A DNA stretch of 64,000 nucleotides from Acidobacteriota bacterium (GTDB lineage Bacteria > Acidobacteriota > UBA6911 > RPQK01 > JAJDTT01). This document shows, piece after piece, positions 18,747 to 29,069 of this stretch. The notes under the pieces are model-generated. The model worked only from the letters and a program-made list of their open reading frames with translations. It did no database searches and was not told the origin of the DNA. The position numbers and the translations under genes were made by a program. Each line of letters opens with the position of its first letter. Position 1 is the stretch's first letter. The stretch is from positions 3,296,001 through 3,360,000 of the forward strand of contig CBDCJH010000002.1 of assembly GCA_965217775.1 (NCBI GenBank), in the 5' to 3' direction.

Positions 18747-21700
18747 ATGAAGCGTAGCTTTGGTTTCCTTCATGTCGCAGTCGCTGCGGCAGTCGTGTTT
18801 ACTCTGGTTCAGACCGCCAGCGGCCAGCGCACGACCGGCCAGATCGTGGGCACGGTCTACGACACCACCGGCGCCGTCGTGCCAGGTGTCGATGTCACCG
18901 GTCTGAATGTGAACACTGGGAGGCAGTACTCCGCCGTCAGCGGGGATGCTGGAAACTACCTGCTGGATCCACTCCCGGTCGGTCGCTACACGGTGACTGC
19001 CGAGCTGGGCGGGTTCAAGAAGGCCGAGGTGACCAACATTACCCTGCTGGTCGACCAGAGTGCCCGCATCGATTTCCATCTGGAGACGGGCGAGATCGCC
19101 GAACAGGTCACCGTCGAGGCGAGTTCCGCCTTGTTGGACACCACGACCTCCGACGTGGGACGAGTGGTGGAGAACAAGACCATCGTCGAGCTGCCCATGA
19201 ATCGGCGGGAGTTCATGCAGCTGGCCTACTTGGAGCCGGGTGTGGTGCCGGCGCCACCCGGGAACTTCAATGAGAGGATACAGGGGGAGTTCACCGCTGT
19301 CTCGGGTATGGGACAGCGGCTCGAGTACCAGACCGTGAGCCTGAACGGAGTCAACAACTCAGGGACGCATCTCCAGTGGCTGGCCGCGCGTCCGTCCGTG
19401 GATGCCATCCAGGAGTTCAAGATCCAGAACTCGAACTACTCGGCCGAGGTGGCCTCCAAGGGCTCCCTGGTCATCAATCTGGTCATCAAGTCGGGAACCA
19501 ACTCCTTTCACGGCAGTCTGTTCGAGTTCCTCCGCAACGACGCCTTCGACGCCCGCAACTTCTTCGACATCACCGGGGACACTCCACCCTACAAGCAGAA
19601 CCAGTTCGGAGGAACCTTCGGTGGACCCATCGTCCCGGACAAGACCTTCTTCTTTGGTGCCTACGAGGGACGCCGGATCACAATCGGCCGTACCCGGGTG
19701 CACTTCGTTCCCAACGACGAGCAGCGGCAGGGCATCTTCGATCCGGACCGGTTCGGCATCATTTACGATCCCCTGACATTCGACGCCGGCACCAGGACTC
19801 GCCAGCCCTTCCCGGACAACCGGATTCCCCAGAACCGCATTCACCCCACCTCCGCCAAGATCATGGATTACATCTTCCCGCCCAACAACCCGGCGGACCC
19901 GAAGCGCAATCTCGTCACCAATCCCGTCGAGCGGAACGATATGGATCAGATCAATACCCGCTTCGACCATCACTTCGGGAACAGCGACAGCCTCTTCTTC
20001 AGCTGGAACTGGAGCGACCGCTTCCGGCCCGTACCTACAGGGATCGGCGAAGTCGGGGGGCAGAAGTTCACTCAGACCTCCCAGCACTACACCCTGTCCC
20101 ATACTCACATCATCTCGCCCGTGACTCTGAATGAATTTCGCTTCGGGGTCATGCGCTTCCTCCACCGCGAGGAGGGCAACAGCGTGGGAACCCTCTTCGA
20201 ATCCGACCTCTTTGGGATCCCCGAGACGGAGACCCGGTCCGACCGATCGGCGTTTCCGGGTGTGAGCGTCTCCGGCTACGGGGTCTCGGCGGTGACCGAG
20301 AACCGGCACGTCCGAAACTGGGAGACCGATTTCCAGCTTTATGACGCCATGACCTTCCGGCAAGGGGACCATAGTTTCCGGCTGGGAGTCGACTTCCAGC
20401 GCCTGTTCGACTACGTCCTCTTCTGCCGCTGCACTGGGACATACAGCTTCAACGGTCGCTACGTCGCCGCTTCCGAAGGAGCCGCGTTCGGCGATGCCTG
20501 GTCCCAGTTCCTCCTGGGCTATCCCAACCTGATTCGAAGAGACTCGGTCTTCAACACGGGCTACGCCTACGGGAACCAGTTGGGGTTATTCATCCAGGAC
20601 GACTGGCGGGTGACTCCCAAGCTGACTTTGAATCTGGGATTGCGCTACGACACCTATCTGGATCTGCAGGAAAAGGGGGACGAAGTCTCCACCTTCGATC
20701 CCGCCAGTGGAGAGGTCGTTTTTGCCGAGAATTCGCCGCTGCTCTTCCGCAACCCGGCCACCGGCGAGGAACGGCCCTTCGAGCCCAAGTTTCCCTTCCG
20801 CCGAATCTCCAACCGGAGACTCTACGAGGAGGACTTCGTCAATTTTGCCCCCCGGATGGGCTTCGCCTATCAGCTCACCGGCAGGACGGTGATGAAGGGA
20901 GCCTATGGAATCTTCAACACGCTGAAAAACATGCGCCAGTTCATCCAGGCGCACCTTACGGCGCCCTACTGGTTCCGCTTTCAGCAGATCCTGGACCCAC
21001 TGGTCGTGACCCACAGTTGGGCTGACGGGTTTACAGGGGCTCCGATCAGCAGCAGCACCACGCTCTGGAAGGCGGCCCCCCTGACAGGGCTCACCCAGCC
21101 CTACAATCAGCAGTGGAACTTCGGGTTCCAGCACACCATCAGCGATGACATCCTGTTGGATCTGGCCTACGTGGGTAACGCCGGCCGGGAGCTGGATCAG
21201 AGGACCGTGGAGAACGTGCCACCGCCGGGACCGGGTTCGATCCAGGCCAGAAGACCTGCTCCCCTGGTAGGGGCGGTCAACGCTTGGCTGGGCGGCGCCT
21301 TCTCCGACTACCATTCCTTCCAAACCAAGCTGACCAAGCGCTTCACCGATTCCGCTTCCTGGAACCTCTCCTACACCTGGAGCAAAGCCATCGATACCAA
21401 CTCGACCGATGTCGTCTACGGCGGTGACTCTTCGGGAACCGACAATCCCTTCGATCCCTGGGGCTCACAGAAGGGACTGGCAGGCCATGACATCCCCCAC
21501 CGGCTCGTGGTCAACTGGATCTGGCAGCTCCCGAGTCCCGAGCACGGGACGCTACGCCACGTCTTCGGTAACTGGGAGACGACCGGCATCTGGAGCGTAC
21601 AGAGCGGTTATCCCTTCACACCCTCGACATCCAGACGTACCAACAACGGGACTGGCGGCCGACCCGACCGGACCTGTGACGGCGAGCTTTCCAACCCCAG

Positions 21701-22004
21701 TATCGACCGCTGGTTCGACACCAGCTGCTTCGTGACGCCGGAGATCTACACCTACGGCAATTCGGGCAGGACCATTCTCCGGGGAGACGGGTGGTGGAAC
21801 TTCGACCTGGGTCTCTTCCGCAACATTCCGCTGCAGGCCCTGGGGGATGGGGGAGCCTTCCAGGTCCGCTTGGAGGCGTTCAACCTCTTCAACCATCCCA
21901 ACTTCGGTCTGCCCGTGCGCAACGTCCGCTCCGGCGCCCGCGGCACGGTGAGCAGCGCCAGCGAAGCCAGGCAGCTCCAGTTCGGCTTCCGGTTGGTCTT
22001 TTGA
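18747..22004 (+). CDS. TonB-dependent receptor (Oar-like, N-terminal carboxypeptidase-regulatory-like domain)
   Basis: GQIVGTVYDTTGAVVPG, VDAIQEFKI, KSGTNSFHGSLFEFLRN, QDDWRVTPKLTLNLGLRYD, C-terminal RQLQFGFRLVF; AAGGAGG RBS. Confidence 0.95.
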   Translation: MKRSFGFLHVAVAAAVVFTLVQTASGQRTTGQIVGTVYDTTGAVVPGVDVTGLNVNTGRQYSAVSGDAGNYLLDPLPVGRYTVTAELGGFKKAEVTNITLLVDQSARIDFHLETGEIAEQVTVEASSALLDTTTSDVGRVVENKTIVELPMNRREFMQLAYLEPGVVPAPPGNFNERIQGEFTAVSGMGQRLEYQTVSLNGVNNSGTHLQWLAARPSVDAIQEFKIQNSNYSAEVASKGSLVINLVIKSGTNSFHGSLFEFLRNDAFDARNFFDITGDTPPYKQNQFGGTFGGPIVPDKTFFFGAYEGRRITIGRTRVHFVPNDEQRQGIFDPDRFGIIYDPLTFDAGTRTRQPFPDNRIPQNRIHPTSAKIMDYIFPPNNPADPKRNLVTNPVERNDMDQINTRFDHHFGNSDSLFFSWNWSDRFRPVPTGIGEVGGQKFTQTSQHYTLSHTHIISPVTLNEFRFGVMRFLHREEGNSVGTLFESDLFGIPETETRSDRSAFPGVSVSGYGVSAVTENRHVRNWETDFQLYDAMTFRQGDHSFRLGVDFQRLFDYVLFCRCTGTYSFNGRYVAASEGAAFGDAWSQFLLGYPNLIRRDSVFNTGYAYGNQLGLFIQDDWRVTPKLTLNLGLRYDTYLDLQEKGDEVSTFDPASGEVVFAENSPLLFRNPATGEERPFEPKFPFRRISNRRLYEEDFVNFAPRMGFAYQLTGRTVMKGAYGIFNTLKNMRQFIQAHLTAPYWFRFQQILDPLVVTHSWADGFTGAPISSSTTLWKAAPLTGLTQPYNQQWNFGFQHTISDDILLDLAYVGNAGRELDQRTVENVPPPGPGSIQARRPAPLVGAVNAWLGGAFSDYHSFQTKLTKRFTDSASWNLSYTWSKAIDTNSTDVVYGGDSSGTDNPFDPWGSQKGLAGHDIPHRLVVNWIWQLPSPEHGTLRHVFGNWETTGIWSVQSGYPFTPSTSRRTNNGTGGRPDRTCDGELSNPSIDRWFDTSCFVTPEIYTYGNSGRTILRGDGWWNFDLGLFRNIPLQALGDGGAFQVRLEAFNLFNHPNFGLPVRNVRSGARGTVSSASEARQLQFGFRLVF

Positions 22005-22110
22005 GGCAAGCTTGAGCGAAGCGATGCCAATAAGGCAGCCAGGGAATGATTCCTGGCTGCCTCCATCTTTTCGATCCCAGATAAGCACGGTTACACTGTC
22101 ATCCAAGGTA

Positions 22111-23727
22111 ATGGTTATCCCCTTGACCAGGGCGCTGTTGGCCACCACTTCTCTGGCGCTGGCCATCACCACTCTGCCGGCCCAGGACACGAGTCAGGAT
22201 CTCCGGCGGGAGGAGCAGCTTGACTACTTCGAAAGATGGCTGAAAGAGGATGCGGTCTACATCATCATGCCGGAGGAGCGTACGGTCTTCGATTCCCTCA
22301 CCACCGACGAAGAGAAGGAGCGTTTCGTCGAGCAGTTCTGGCGCCGCCGGGACACCAACCCCTCTACCGGCTTGAACGAGTTCAAAGAAGAGCACTACCG
22401 CAGAATCGCTTACGCCAATGAGGAGTTCCACTGGGGCAAACCCGGCTGGCAGACGGATCGAGGTCGAGTCTACATCATGTTCGGGGAGCCCGACCGGCGG
22501 GAGCGATTCGAGGCAGGAAGCACCTATCGGCGGACCGCCTTGGAGGGGGGAGGCCACACCGTCACCTATCCCTATGAAGTCTGGTTCTACCGCCATCTCC
22601 CGGGAGTCGGCGCCGGGGTGGTGGTCGAGTTCGTGGACAGCGGTCTCACCGGCGAGTTCGCCCTGGCCATGCGTCCCGAAGAGAAGGACGCCCTTTTCTT
22701 CACCGGCCAGGGCAGGACCCTGCTGGAAGAGGCTGGCTTGGAGACCCGGGCTGGCCGGCTGCGTGCCAGGGACGTCATGAGACCGGTGGGGCTCGACGGC
22801 GATTCCGTACATCTGAAGAATCCCTTCGATCTGGTCCGGCAATATTTTCAGCTGACCCACCGTCGCTACCAGATCAAGAATCCCGAGCTGGAGGAGCTGG
22901 TCCGGCTGAAGGTCGCGTACGAAACCCTGCCTTTCAGCCATGGTGTCCACGTCAGTTGGATCTCGGAGGACCTTCACCTCGCTTCGGTGACCCTCTCCAT
23001 CCCCAACCGGGAACTGGACTTCCAGCCCTTCGGCCAAGATCTGGTCCGGGCCCGCCTTGCTCTCTACGGTCAGGTCGACGACCTAACGGGACTCACGGTC
23101 TTCTCCTTCGAAGACGAGATCACGACCGACATCAGTCGCCAGCGGGCCGCGCGAGAACTGGACCGGCACTCGGTCTACCAGAAAAAGATCCCCCTCAAGT
23201 CGGGTCGCTACAAGCTGACCCTGGTGCTGAAGGACACAACCAGTGAGCGCGTCGGCGTGGCCAGCCGCGGACTGGTGGCAGCGGCGAAGAAGGACAAGCT
23301 GGGTGCCAGCAGTTTGATTCTGTGTGAGCATCTGCGGTTCACGGGCGAACAGGGCGATCTGACCCAGCCCTTTGTCTACTTTGGAGGGGTCAAGCTCTAT
23401 CCCAGTACGAACAATGTCTTTCGAGCGGTGGACGCCCTGAACGCCTACCTGGAAATCTATAATCCGGCACTCGACCAGAGCACCGGAAAGCCCAATGTGA
23501 CTCTGGAGTATGCCGTCGTCGAGGACGGTGCCCCGGCTTCGCAGTTCATCGACATCACGGGCCGGGCGGGCGCCGTCTACGGCAATCGGATCGTGATCCT
23601 GCACCAAGTGCCCCTCGACACCCTGGGTGCGGGCAGATACGCGATGCAGATACGTTACACCGATCGGATCAGCGGTCAGATGCTGTCTCGCAGTGCACGG
23701 TTTCAGCTCCGGGACAAGGCCCTTTGA
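22111..23727 (+). CDS. GWxTD domain-containing protein
   Basis: WLKEDAVYII, FWRRRD, EEHYRRIAYANE, PGWQTDRGRVYIMFGEPD. Confidence 0.9.
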   Translation: MVIPLTRALLATTSLALAITTLPAQDTSQDLRREEQLDYFERWLKEDAVYIIMPEERTVFDSLTTDEEKERFVEQFWRRRDTNPSTGLNEFKEEHYRRIAYANEEFHWGKPGWQTDRGRVYIMFGEPDRRERFEAGSTYRRTALEGGGHTVTYPYEVWFYRHLPGVGAGVVVEFVDSGLTGEFALAMRPEEKDALFFTGQGRTLLEEAGLETRAGRLRARDVMRPVGLDGDSVHLKNPFDLVRQYFQLTHRRYQIKNPELEELVRLKVAYETLPFSHGVHVSWISEDLHLASVTLSIPNRELDFQPFGQDLVRARLALYGQVDDLTGLTVFSFEDEITTDISRQRAARELDRHSVYQKKIPLKSGRYKLTLVLKDTTSERVGVASRGLVAAAKKDKLGASSLILCEHLRFTGEQGDLTQPFVYFGGVKLYPSTNNVFRAVDALNAYLEIYNPALDQSTGKPNVTLEYAVVEDGAPASQFIDITGRAGAVYGNRIVILHQVPLDTLGAGRYAMQIRYTDRISGQMLSRSARFQLRDKAL

Positions 23728-23750
23728 ACGAAGTTGCAAAAGGAAGCGCG

Positions 23751-25226
23751 ATGACGGAGGGATGGGGCCGCTGTCACCACCTGTTCATTCTCACACTTCT
23801 GTTCTGCCAAGCTGGCGCAAAGGATCTCCGGGAGCCTCTTGTCATCGGCTCCCGGCTGGAGCTGTTCGTGGACGACTACCTCATCGAGTCCACCCACGGA
23901 GTCGACCTTCGGCTGCATAGTCCGCGGCTTGCCGAGAAGGCCATCTCGTTCGACCGGCCCTGGGAGGGGGTGACCAGCGGCGTGGTCACGGTCTTCAAGG
24001 ATGGCGACCTCTATCGGATGTACTACCGGGGGGACAGTAGCGAGCCCGATCACTATGTGGTCCCGTCTCTTCTGCGGAAGGGGGAACAGGTGATTCCGGC
24101 CCACGATGAGGTGACCTGCTACGCCGAGAGCAGGGACGGAATCACCTGGACCAAACCGAATCTGGGGTTTTTCGAGTTCCAGGGCTCCAAGCAGAACAAC
24201 ATCGTCTGGACGGAACATTCTCACGCCTTTGCCCCCTTCAAGGACGCGAACCCGGCAGCACCATCATCCCAGCGCTACAAGGCCTTCGGAATCGAGCGCC
24301 GGGACGGCAAGAGCACCCTGGCCGGGTTCGTCTCCTCCGACGGTATTCACTGGAGCAAGATCCGCGAAGAGCCTCTCCTCACCGACGGGGCCTTCGACAG
24401 TCTCAACTTGGCGTTCTGGGATCCGGTGAGGGAACACTACGTGGCCATCTACCGCGACTTCTGGTACGGAGTCCGGACCATCAAACACGCTACCTCCAAC
24501 GATTTCATCCACTGGACTCGCGGCGAGTGGGCCAGCTTCGGCGACAGGCCGCCCGAGCACCTCTACACCAACGCGGCCCAGCCCTATTTTCGGGCGCCCC
24601 ACATCTATCTTTCCTTCCCCATGCGCTTTCATCCCTGGCGAACCTTTCATGCCGACGCTCCCACGCCAGGCCTGTCCGACGGCGTCTTCATGACCAGTCG
24701 AGACGGCGTCCATTGGGATCGGCGTTTTTTGGAGGCCTTTATCCGTCCCGGCCGGGATCAGAGGAACTGGATCCAACGGACCAATGTGACGGCTCCCAGC
24801 GTGGTGCCCACCGGGCCGGACGAGATCTCCCTCTACGCCCATCGCAACTACACCTCACCCAGCCACTACTACCAGCGCCTAGTCCTGCGTACCGATGGGT
24901 TCGTTTCTGCTCACGCCGACTACAACGAGGGAGACATAGTTACCAAACCTCTGGTGTTCGAAGGCGAGAACCTGGTCCTCAACTACGCCACTTCGGCCCT
25001 GGGAAGCATCCGGATCGAGATCCAGGACCAGGCAGGCCATCCCCTGCCCGGCTTTTCGCTGCAGGAATCACCCGTCATCTTCGGCGACCAGATCGAGCGG
25101 GAAGTCGACTGGAAGCGTCCTGCCAGCCGGACCGATCGAGGACCTTTGAGCCGGCTCGCCGGCCGCCCGGTTCGCCTGCGTTTCGTCATGAAGGACGCCG
25201 ACCTTTATTCGTTGCAGTTCCGTTAG
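23751..25226 (+). CDS. Secreted beta-propeller glycosidase-like protein (family P)
   Basis: IGSRLELFVDDYLI ... RLRFVMKDADLYSLQF. Confidence 0.7.
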   Translation: MTEGWGRCHHLFILTLLFCQAGAKDLREPLVIGSRLELFVDDYLIESTHGVDLRLHSPRLAEKAISFDRPWEGVTSGVVTVFKDGDLYRMYYRGDSSEPDHYVVPSLLRKGEQVIPAHDEVTCYAESRDGITWTKPNLGFFEFQGSKQNNIVWTEHSHAFAPFKDANPAAPSSQRYKAFGIERRDGKSTLAGFVSSDGIHWSKIREEPLLTDGAFDSLNLAFWDPVREHYVAIYRDFWYGVRTIKHATSNDFIHWTRGEWASFGDRPPEHLYTNAAQPYFRAPHIYLSFPMRFHPWRTFHADAPTPGLSDGVFMTSRDGVHWDRRFLEAFIRPGRDQRNWIQRTNVTAPSVVPTGPDEISLYAHRNYTSPSHYYQRLVLRTDGFVSAHADYNEGDIVTKPLVFEGENLVLNYATSALGSIRIEIQDQAGHPLPGFSLQESPVIFGDQIEREVDWKRPASRTDRGPLSRLAGRPVRLRFVMKDADLYSLQFR

Positions 25227-25279
25227 TCGGCCGGTATGGCGACGAGCCAAAGGGCAAGCGCGAACCGGAGGAAGACACC

Positions 25280-25540
25280 ATGACATTGACCACGGCTCAA
25301 CTGAAACAGTACGAGCAGGAGGGCTTCGCCGTCGGCGGGTGCATACTGTGTGTGAATGAGCTGACCCGACTCCGTGCGGAGATCGACAGTCTGATCGAGA
25401 CTCTTTCTCCGAGGGAGACATCCCGAGAACATGCCCTCGGTTCACTATGGCCGGCCCTACTTCCTGGATTTGCTTCTGGACCAGCGGCTGTTGGACGTGG
25501 CGGAGAAGATCCTGGGGCCCGACATTACGCACTTTACCTC
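25280..25540 (+). pseudogene. Phytanoyl-CoA dioxygenase (PhyH)-like 5' fragment, frameshifted
   Basis: GGAGG RBS; MTLTTAQLKQYEQEGF...ELTRLRAEID, then in another frame LLDQRLLDVAEKILGPDI; catalytic half absent. Confidence 0.65.
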
Positions 25541-25716
25541 GGGGATGTCGTCACCCGTGGAGCCCGGACCCGAAGCGGTGACGGACATCGAGGTCTTCAT
25601 CGACCATCACCTCATGGATCGTCTGGTTGGAGTGTCGCTGCGTGGCTACACTTTCTGCTGCGCGACATCGAACTGCACGCTCTGCAATTCGTGAAGGGCT
25701 GAGGAGAACCCGCACC

Positions 25717-27168
25717 ATGCACCTGAGAACCAGTGCCATTTTCGCCGCTCTGGCGACGATCATCGCCGAGGGGGTCGCTCCTGCGGCCGATCCCGTCGAC
25801 ATCGGAACACGGCGAGAGCTGTTTGTGGATCATTTCCTGATCGACAAGGTCGCCGGCGCCCGTCTTCAACTCCACCATCCCCGCCGGGAAGGTCCAGCCG
25901 TGCATTTCGTGGACAAACCCTGGGAGGGCCACCTCAGCGGCTACGTGACCGTGCTCAAGGACGGTCCCCTGTACCGAATGTACTATCGGGGCCGTTCCGA
26001 ATTGGGACGAGGGGACCGAAACGTCGTCGAGGTGACCTGTGTGGCTGAGTCGGAGGACGGCATTCGCTGGACGAAGCCGGCGCTGGGCTTTTATGAAATC
26101 CATGGGACCAGGGAAAACAACGTGGTACTGGCGGGCAAGCCTCCCTACTCGCACAACTTCTCTCCCTGGATCGACACGCGGCCCGGGGTGCCCGCCAAGG
26201 AACGGTACAAGTCCCTTTCCGGCCTGTATCCGGAGGGGTTGGCCCTCTTCGTCTCGGCCGACGGCCTGCGCTGGACGCTGGATAAGGAGCCAGCCGTCAC
26301 CTACCCGGGCAAGGCCTTCGACAGCCAGGCGTGTGCCTTCTGGTCAGACAATGAGGGGCAGTACGTCTGTTATTTCCGGACCTTCAAGAACGGGATGCGC
26401 TGGATCTCTCGGACCACCAGCCGGGACTGCCGGAGTTGGACGACACCAGTCGAGATGCACTATGGAGACACCCCACCCGAGCAGTTCTACACCAATATGA
26501 CCCAGCCCTATTACCGCGCCCCGCACATCTACATCGCTCTGGCACAGCGCTTTTTCCCCCGCCGCTCGGCGCTGCCGGAAGCGGAGTCCGCTCGCTTGGT
26601 GTCCGACGCGGCACTGAGGGGCTTCAGCAGCGACGTGGCCCTCATGAGCACCCGGGGGGGCAGGGTCTATCATCGAACTTTTCTCGAATCCTTCATCCGA
26701 CCCGGACGCACCGCCCGTGACTGGGCAAGCCGCAACAACACCGCCGCCTGGGGCATCGTTCCGGCCGCAGCCGATCCCCGAACTCTCTACATTTACCGCC
26801 AAGCGGACGTGGCTCAGCCCACGAACCACGCGATTCGGTACTCGCTTCGAGTGGATGGCTTTGCCTCGGTGTGGGCTCCTTTTGCGGGCGGCGAGCTGAT
26901 CACAAAACCGCTCATCTTTCGGGGAAGCCGACTGGAGATCAATTTCGATACGTCCGCAGCGGGCTCCATCCGTGTCGAGCTCCAGGATCCATCAGGCCGC
27001 CCACTGCCCGGGTTTGTACTCGAAGACTGCGAAGAGATACTCGGAAATGAGATCAGCAGAGTCGTCCGCTGGCGCAACCGAGAGGACCTCGGCGCCTTGG
27101 CCGGCAAGCCGATCCGCCTCCGATTCGTCATGAAGGACGCCGACCTCTACTCTCTCCGATTCCAGTAG
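25717..27168 (+). CDS. Secreted beta-propeller glycosidase-like protein (family P)
   Basis: DIGTRRELFVDHFLI ... RLRFVMKDADLYSLRF. Confidence 0.7.
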   Translation: MHLRTSAIFAALATIIAEGVAPAADPVDIGTRRELFVDHFLIDKVAGARLQLHHPRREGPAVHFVDKPWEGHLSGYVTVLKDGPLYRMYYRGRSELGRGDRNVVEVTCVAESEDGIRWTKPALGFYEIHGTRENNVVLAGKPPYSHNFSPWIDTRPGVPAKERYKSLSGLYPEGLALFVSADGLRWTLDKEPAVTYPGKAFDSQACAFWSDNEGQYVCYFRTFKNGMRWISRTTSRDCRSWTTPVEMHYGDTPPEQFYTNMTQPYYRAPHIYIALAQRFFPRRSALPEAESARLVSDAALRGFSSDVALMSTRGGRVYHRTFLESFIRPGRTARDWASRNNTAAWGIVPAAADPRTLYIYRQADVAQPTNHAIRYSLRVDGFASVWAPFAGGELITKPLIFRGSRLEINFDTSAAGSIRVELQDPSGRPLPGFVLEDCEEILGNEISRVVRWRNREDLGALAGKPIRLRFVMKDADLYSLRFQ

Positions 27169-27443
27169 GACTTGGCACGCACTTATCATCGGAGGGTGCG
27201 CAACGGCGTTCGAGGGACCGAAGAATCTGGACAGGATTAAGAGCAACGATACCGGGTTCGCCGTGGCCAAGATGGCGGAAATGACTCGTCTTGAGAGTAT
27301 GCTTGGTGCTTGACCCTGGTCCTTGCCTTCCCGTGACCCCCGGCGCAGAGCCCGACGGCGTGCGTCAAGGTGCCGTCTGGAATTCAGCCACCACTCCGGT
27401 GATCGACTTGACACGATCGCCGAGGATCTGCGAGTTCTTGCGC

Positions 27444-28793
27444 GTGCACGCCAGGCACCTGATCCTCCTTGCCACCATGACCGCCGCGTCGGTCCCTGCC
27501 TGTACGGTGGAAACCGATTCCCGGCGGAACCGCCCCAACATCGTCCTGATCATGGCGGACGATCTGGGCTACGAGGCCCTGGGCGCCTACGGAGGCAGCT
27601 CGTACTCGACACCTATGCTGGACCGATTGGCCCGCCAGGGGATTCGCTTTGACCACGCCTACTCACAGCCGCTTTGCACCAACACCCGGGTACAGCTGAT
27701 GACAGGCCGCTACCAGCACCGCTACTGGCAGGCCTTCGGCATCCTGCCGAACCGGGAGCGAACCATTGGCCATCTGATGCAGGCGGCGGGCTACCGGACG
27801 CTGATTGCCGGGAAATGGCAGTTGCACAGCTATGACCCAGTGGACTATCCCGGCGCGGAGGAGAGACGGGGAACGGGAATGCGGGGGGCCGAATCGGGAT
27901 TCGACGAGTATCTACTCTGGCACGCCTGGCATGCCGAGGACAAAGGATCACGGTATGCGGATCCCACCTTCGACCTCAACGGGGAGCTGATCAAGGAGAA
28001 AATGGGAGTTTACGGATCCGACATCTTCGTGGACTACATCAACGATTTCGTAGAACGAAACCGCGGCGTTCCGTTCTTTGTCTACTACCCGATGGTGCTT
28101 ACACACGACCCCTTCGTACCCACTCCGGACAGTCCCCGATGGCACGATGAATCCCGGCGTCACCTGCAGGATCCGGCCTATTTCGCCGACATGGTCGCCT
28201 ACATGGACAAGCTGGTTGGAAAGATTGTGGCCATCCTCGACCGGCTGGATCTGCGCCAAAAGACTCTCGTCTTGTTCTACGCCGACAACGGCACCCACAG
28301 GTCGATTTCATCGCGGCTCGGCAGCCGGATGATCCAGGGTGGAAAGGGAAAGACGACCGATGCCGGTACCCGAGTGCCGATGATCATCAGCTGGCCCGGA
28401 ACCGTGCCGGCCGGCGTGGTGTCAGAGGATCTCATCGACTCGGTCGATATCTACCCGACGCTCGCAGAGCTGGCGGGCACCCGGCTCCCAGACCAACCCC
28501 TGATCGACGGCATCAGTTTTGCGGATCGGCTATTGGGCCGGGACGGCGATCCCCGCAACTGGATCTTCGTAAACTTCGAGCCGAGACCGGGATGGGACAA
28601 GGACAAGTACTCGGAACTCACCTTCGTCCGCGACCATAAATACAAGCTGTACGATAACGGAGAGCTCTATGACGTCGAATCCGATGTGCTCGAAGCCAAC
28701 CCCATTCAGGCGTCCGTGCGCACCAAGATGCAACGGCGGATCACCGAGAAGTTTCAGAGCGTCATGGAGAGACTCCAGGGCCGCAAGGAATGA
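27444..28793 (+). CDS. Sulfatase with atypical CTNTR motif
   Basis: PNIVLIMADDLGY, SQPLCTNTRVQLMTG, GKWQL, GGKGKTTDAGTRVP; start approximate. Confidence 0.9.
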   Translation: MHARHLILLATMTAASVPACTVETDSRRNRPNIVLIMADDLGYEALGAYGGSSYSTPMLDRLARQGIRFDHAYSQPLCTNTRVQLMTGRYQHRYWQAFGILPNRERTIGHLMQAAGYRTLIAGKWQLHSYDPVDYPGAEERRGTGMRGAESGFDEYLLWHAWHAEDKGSRYADPTFDLNGELIKEKMGVYGSDIFVDYINDFVERNRGVPFFVYYPMVLTHDPFVPTPDSPRWHDESRRHLQDPAYFADMVAYMDKLVGKIVAILDRLDLRQKTLVLFYADNGTHRSISSRLGSRMIQGGKGKTTDAGTRVPMIISWPGTVPAGVVSEDLIDSVDIYPTLAELAGTRLPDQPLIDGISFADRLLGRDGDPRNWIFVNFEPRPGWDKDKYSELTFVRDHKYKLYDNGELYDVESDVLEANPIQASVRTKMQRRITEKFQSVMERLQGRKE

Positions 28794-28902
28794 CCGGCGG
28801 GCGCCGACCCGACTGCGCCTGCGGCCTCCCTCCATCGCCCGCCGTCGATTCGTAGCCAATCCGGGTGCCATTTTCGGGAGGTGAAACTGGCGCGAACCCT
28901 CA

Positions 28903-29068
28903 TTAGCGACGCTCCATCCGCACCTCATGCAGGAGCCTCCGCTGCTACTGCACGGTCGCGGCATGAGAGGGGTCATCGGCAAGATTCACCAGTTTCTGAG
29001 GATCCTCCCGATGATCGTAGAGTTCCCGGCCCCTCATGCCTTCCTCCCAGTCGCTGAAACGGCAGGGC
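28903..29068 (-). pseudogene. 3'-end remnant of another sulfatase
   Basis: [30 protein letters not shown], followed by a premature stop. Confidence 0.6.
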
Positions 29069-29069
29069 G

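Noticed and set aside
24527-25702. 391-aa ORF
   Set aside because: Mostly an alternative frame of the 23751 gene; only the PhyH stub from 25280 looks real
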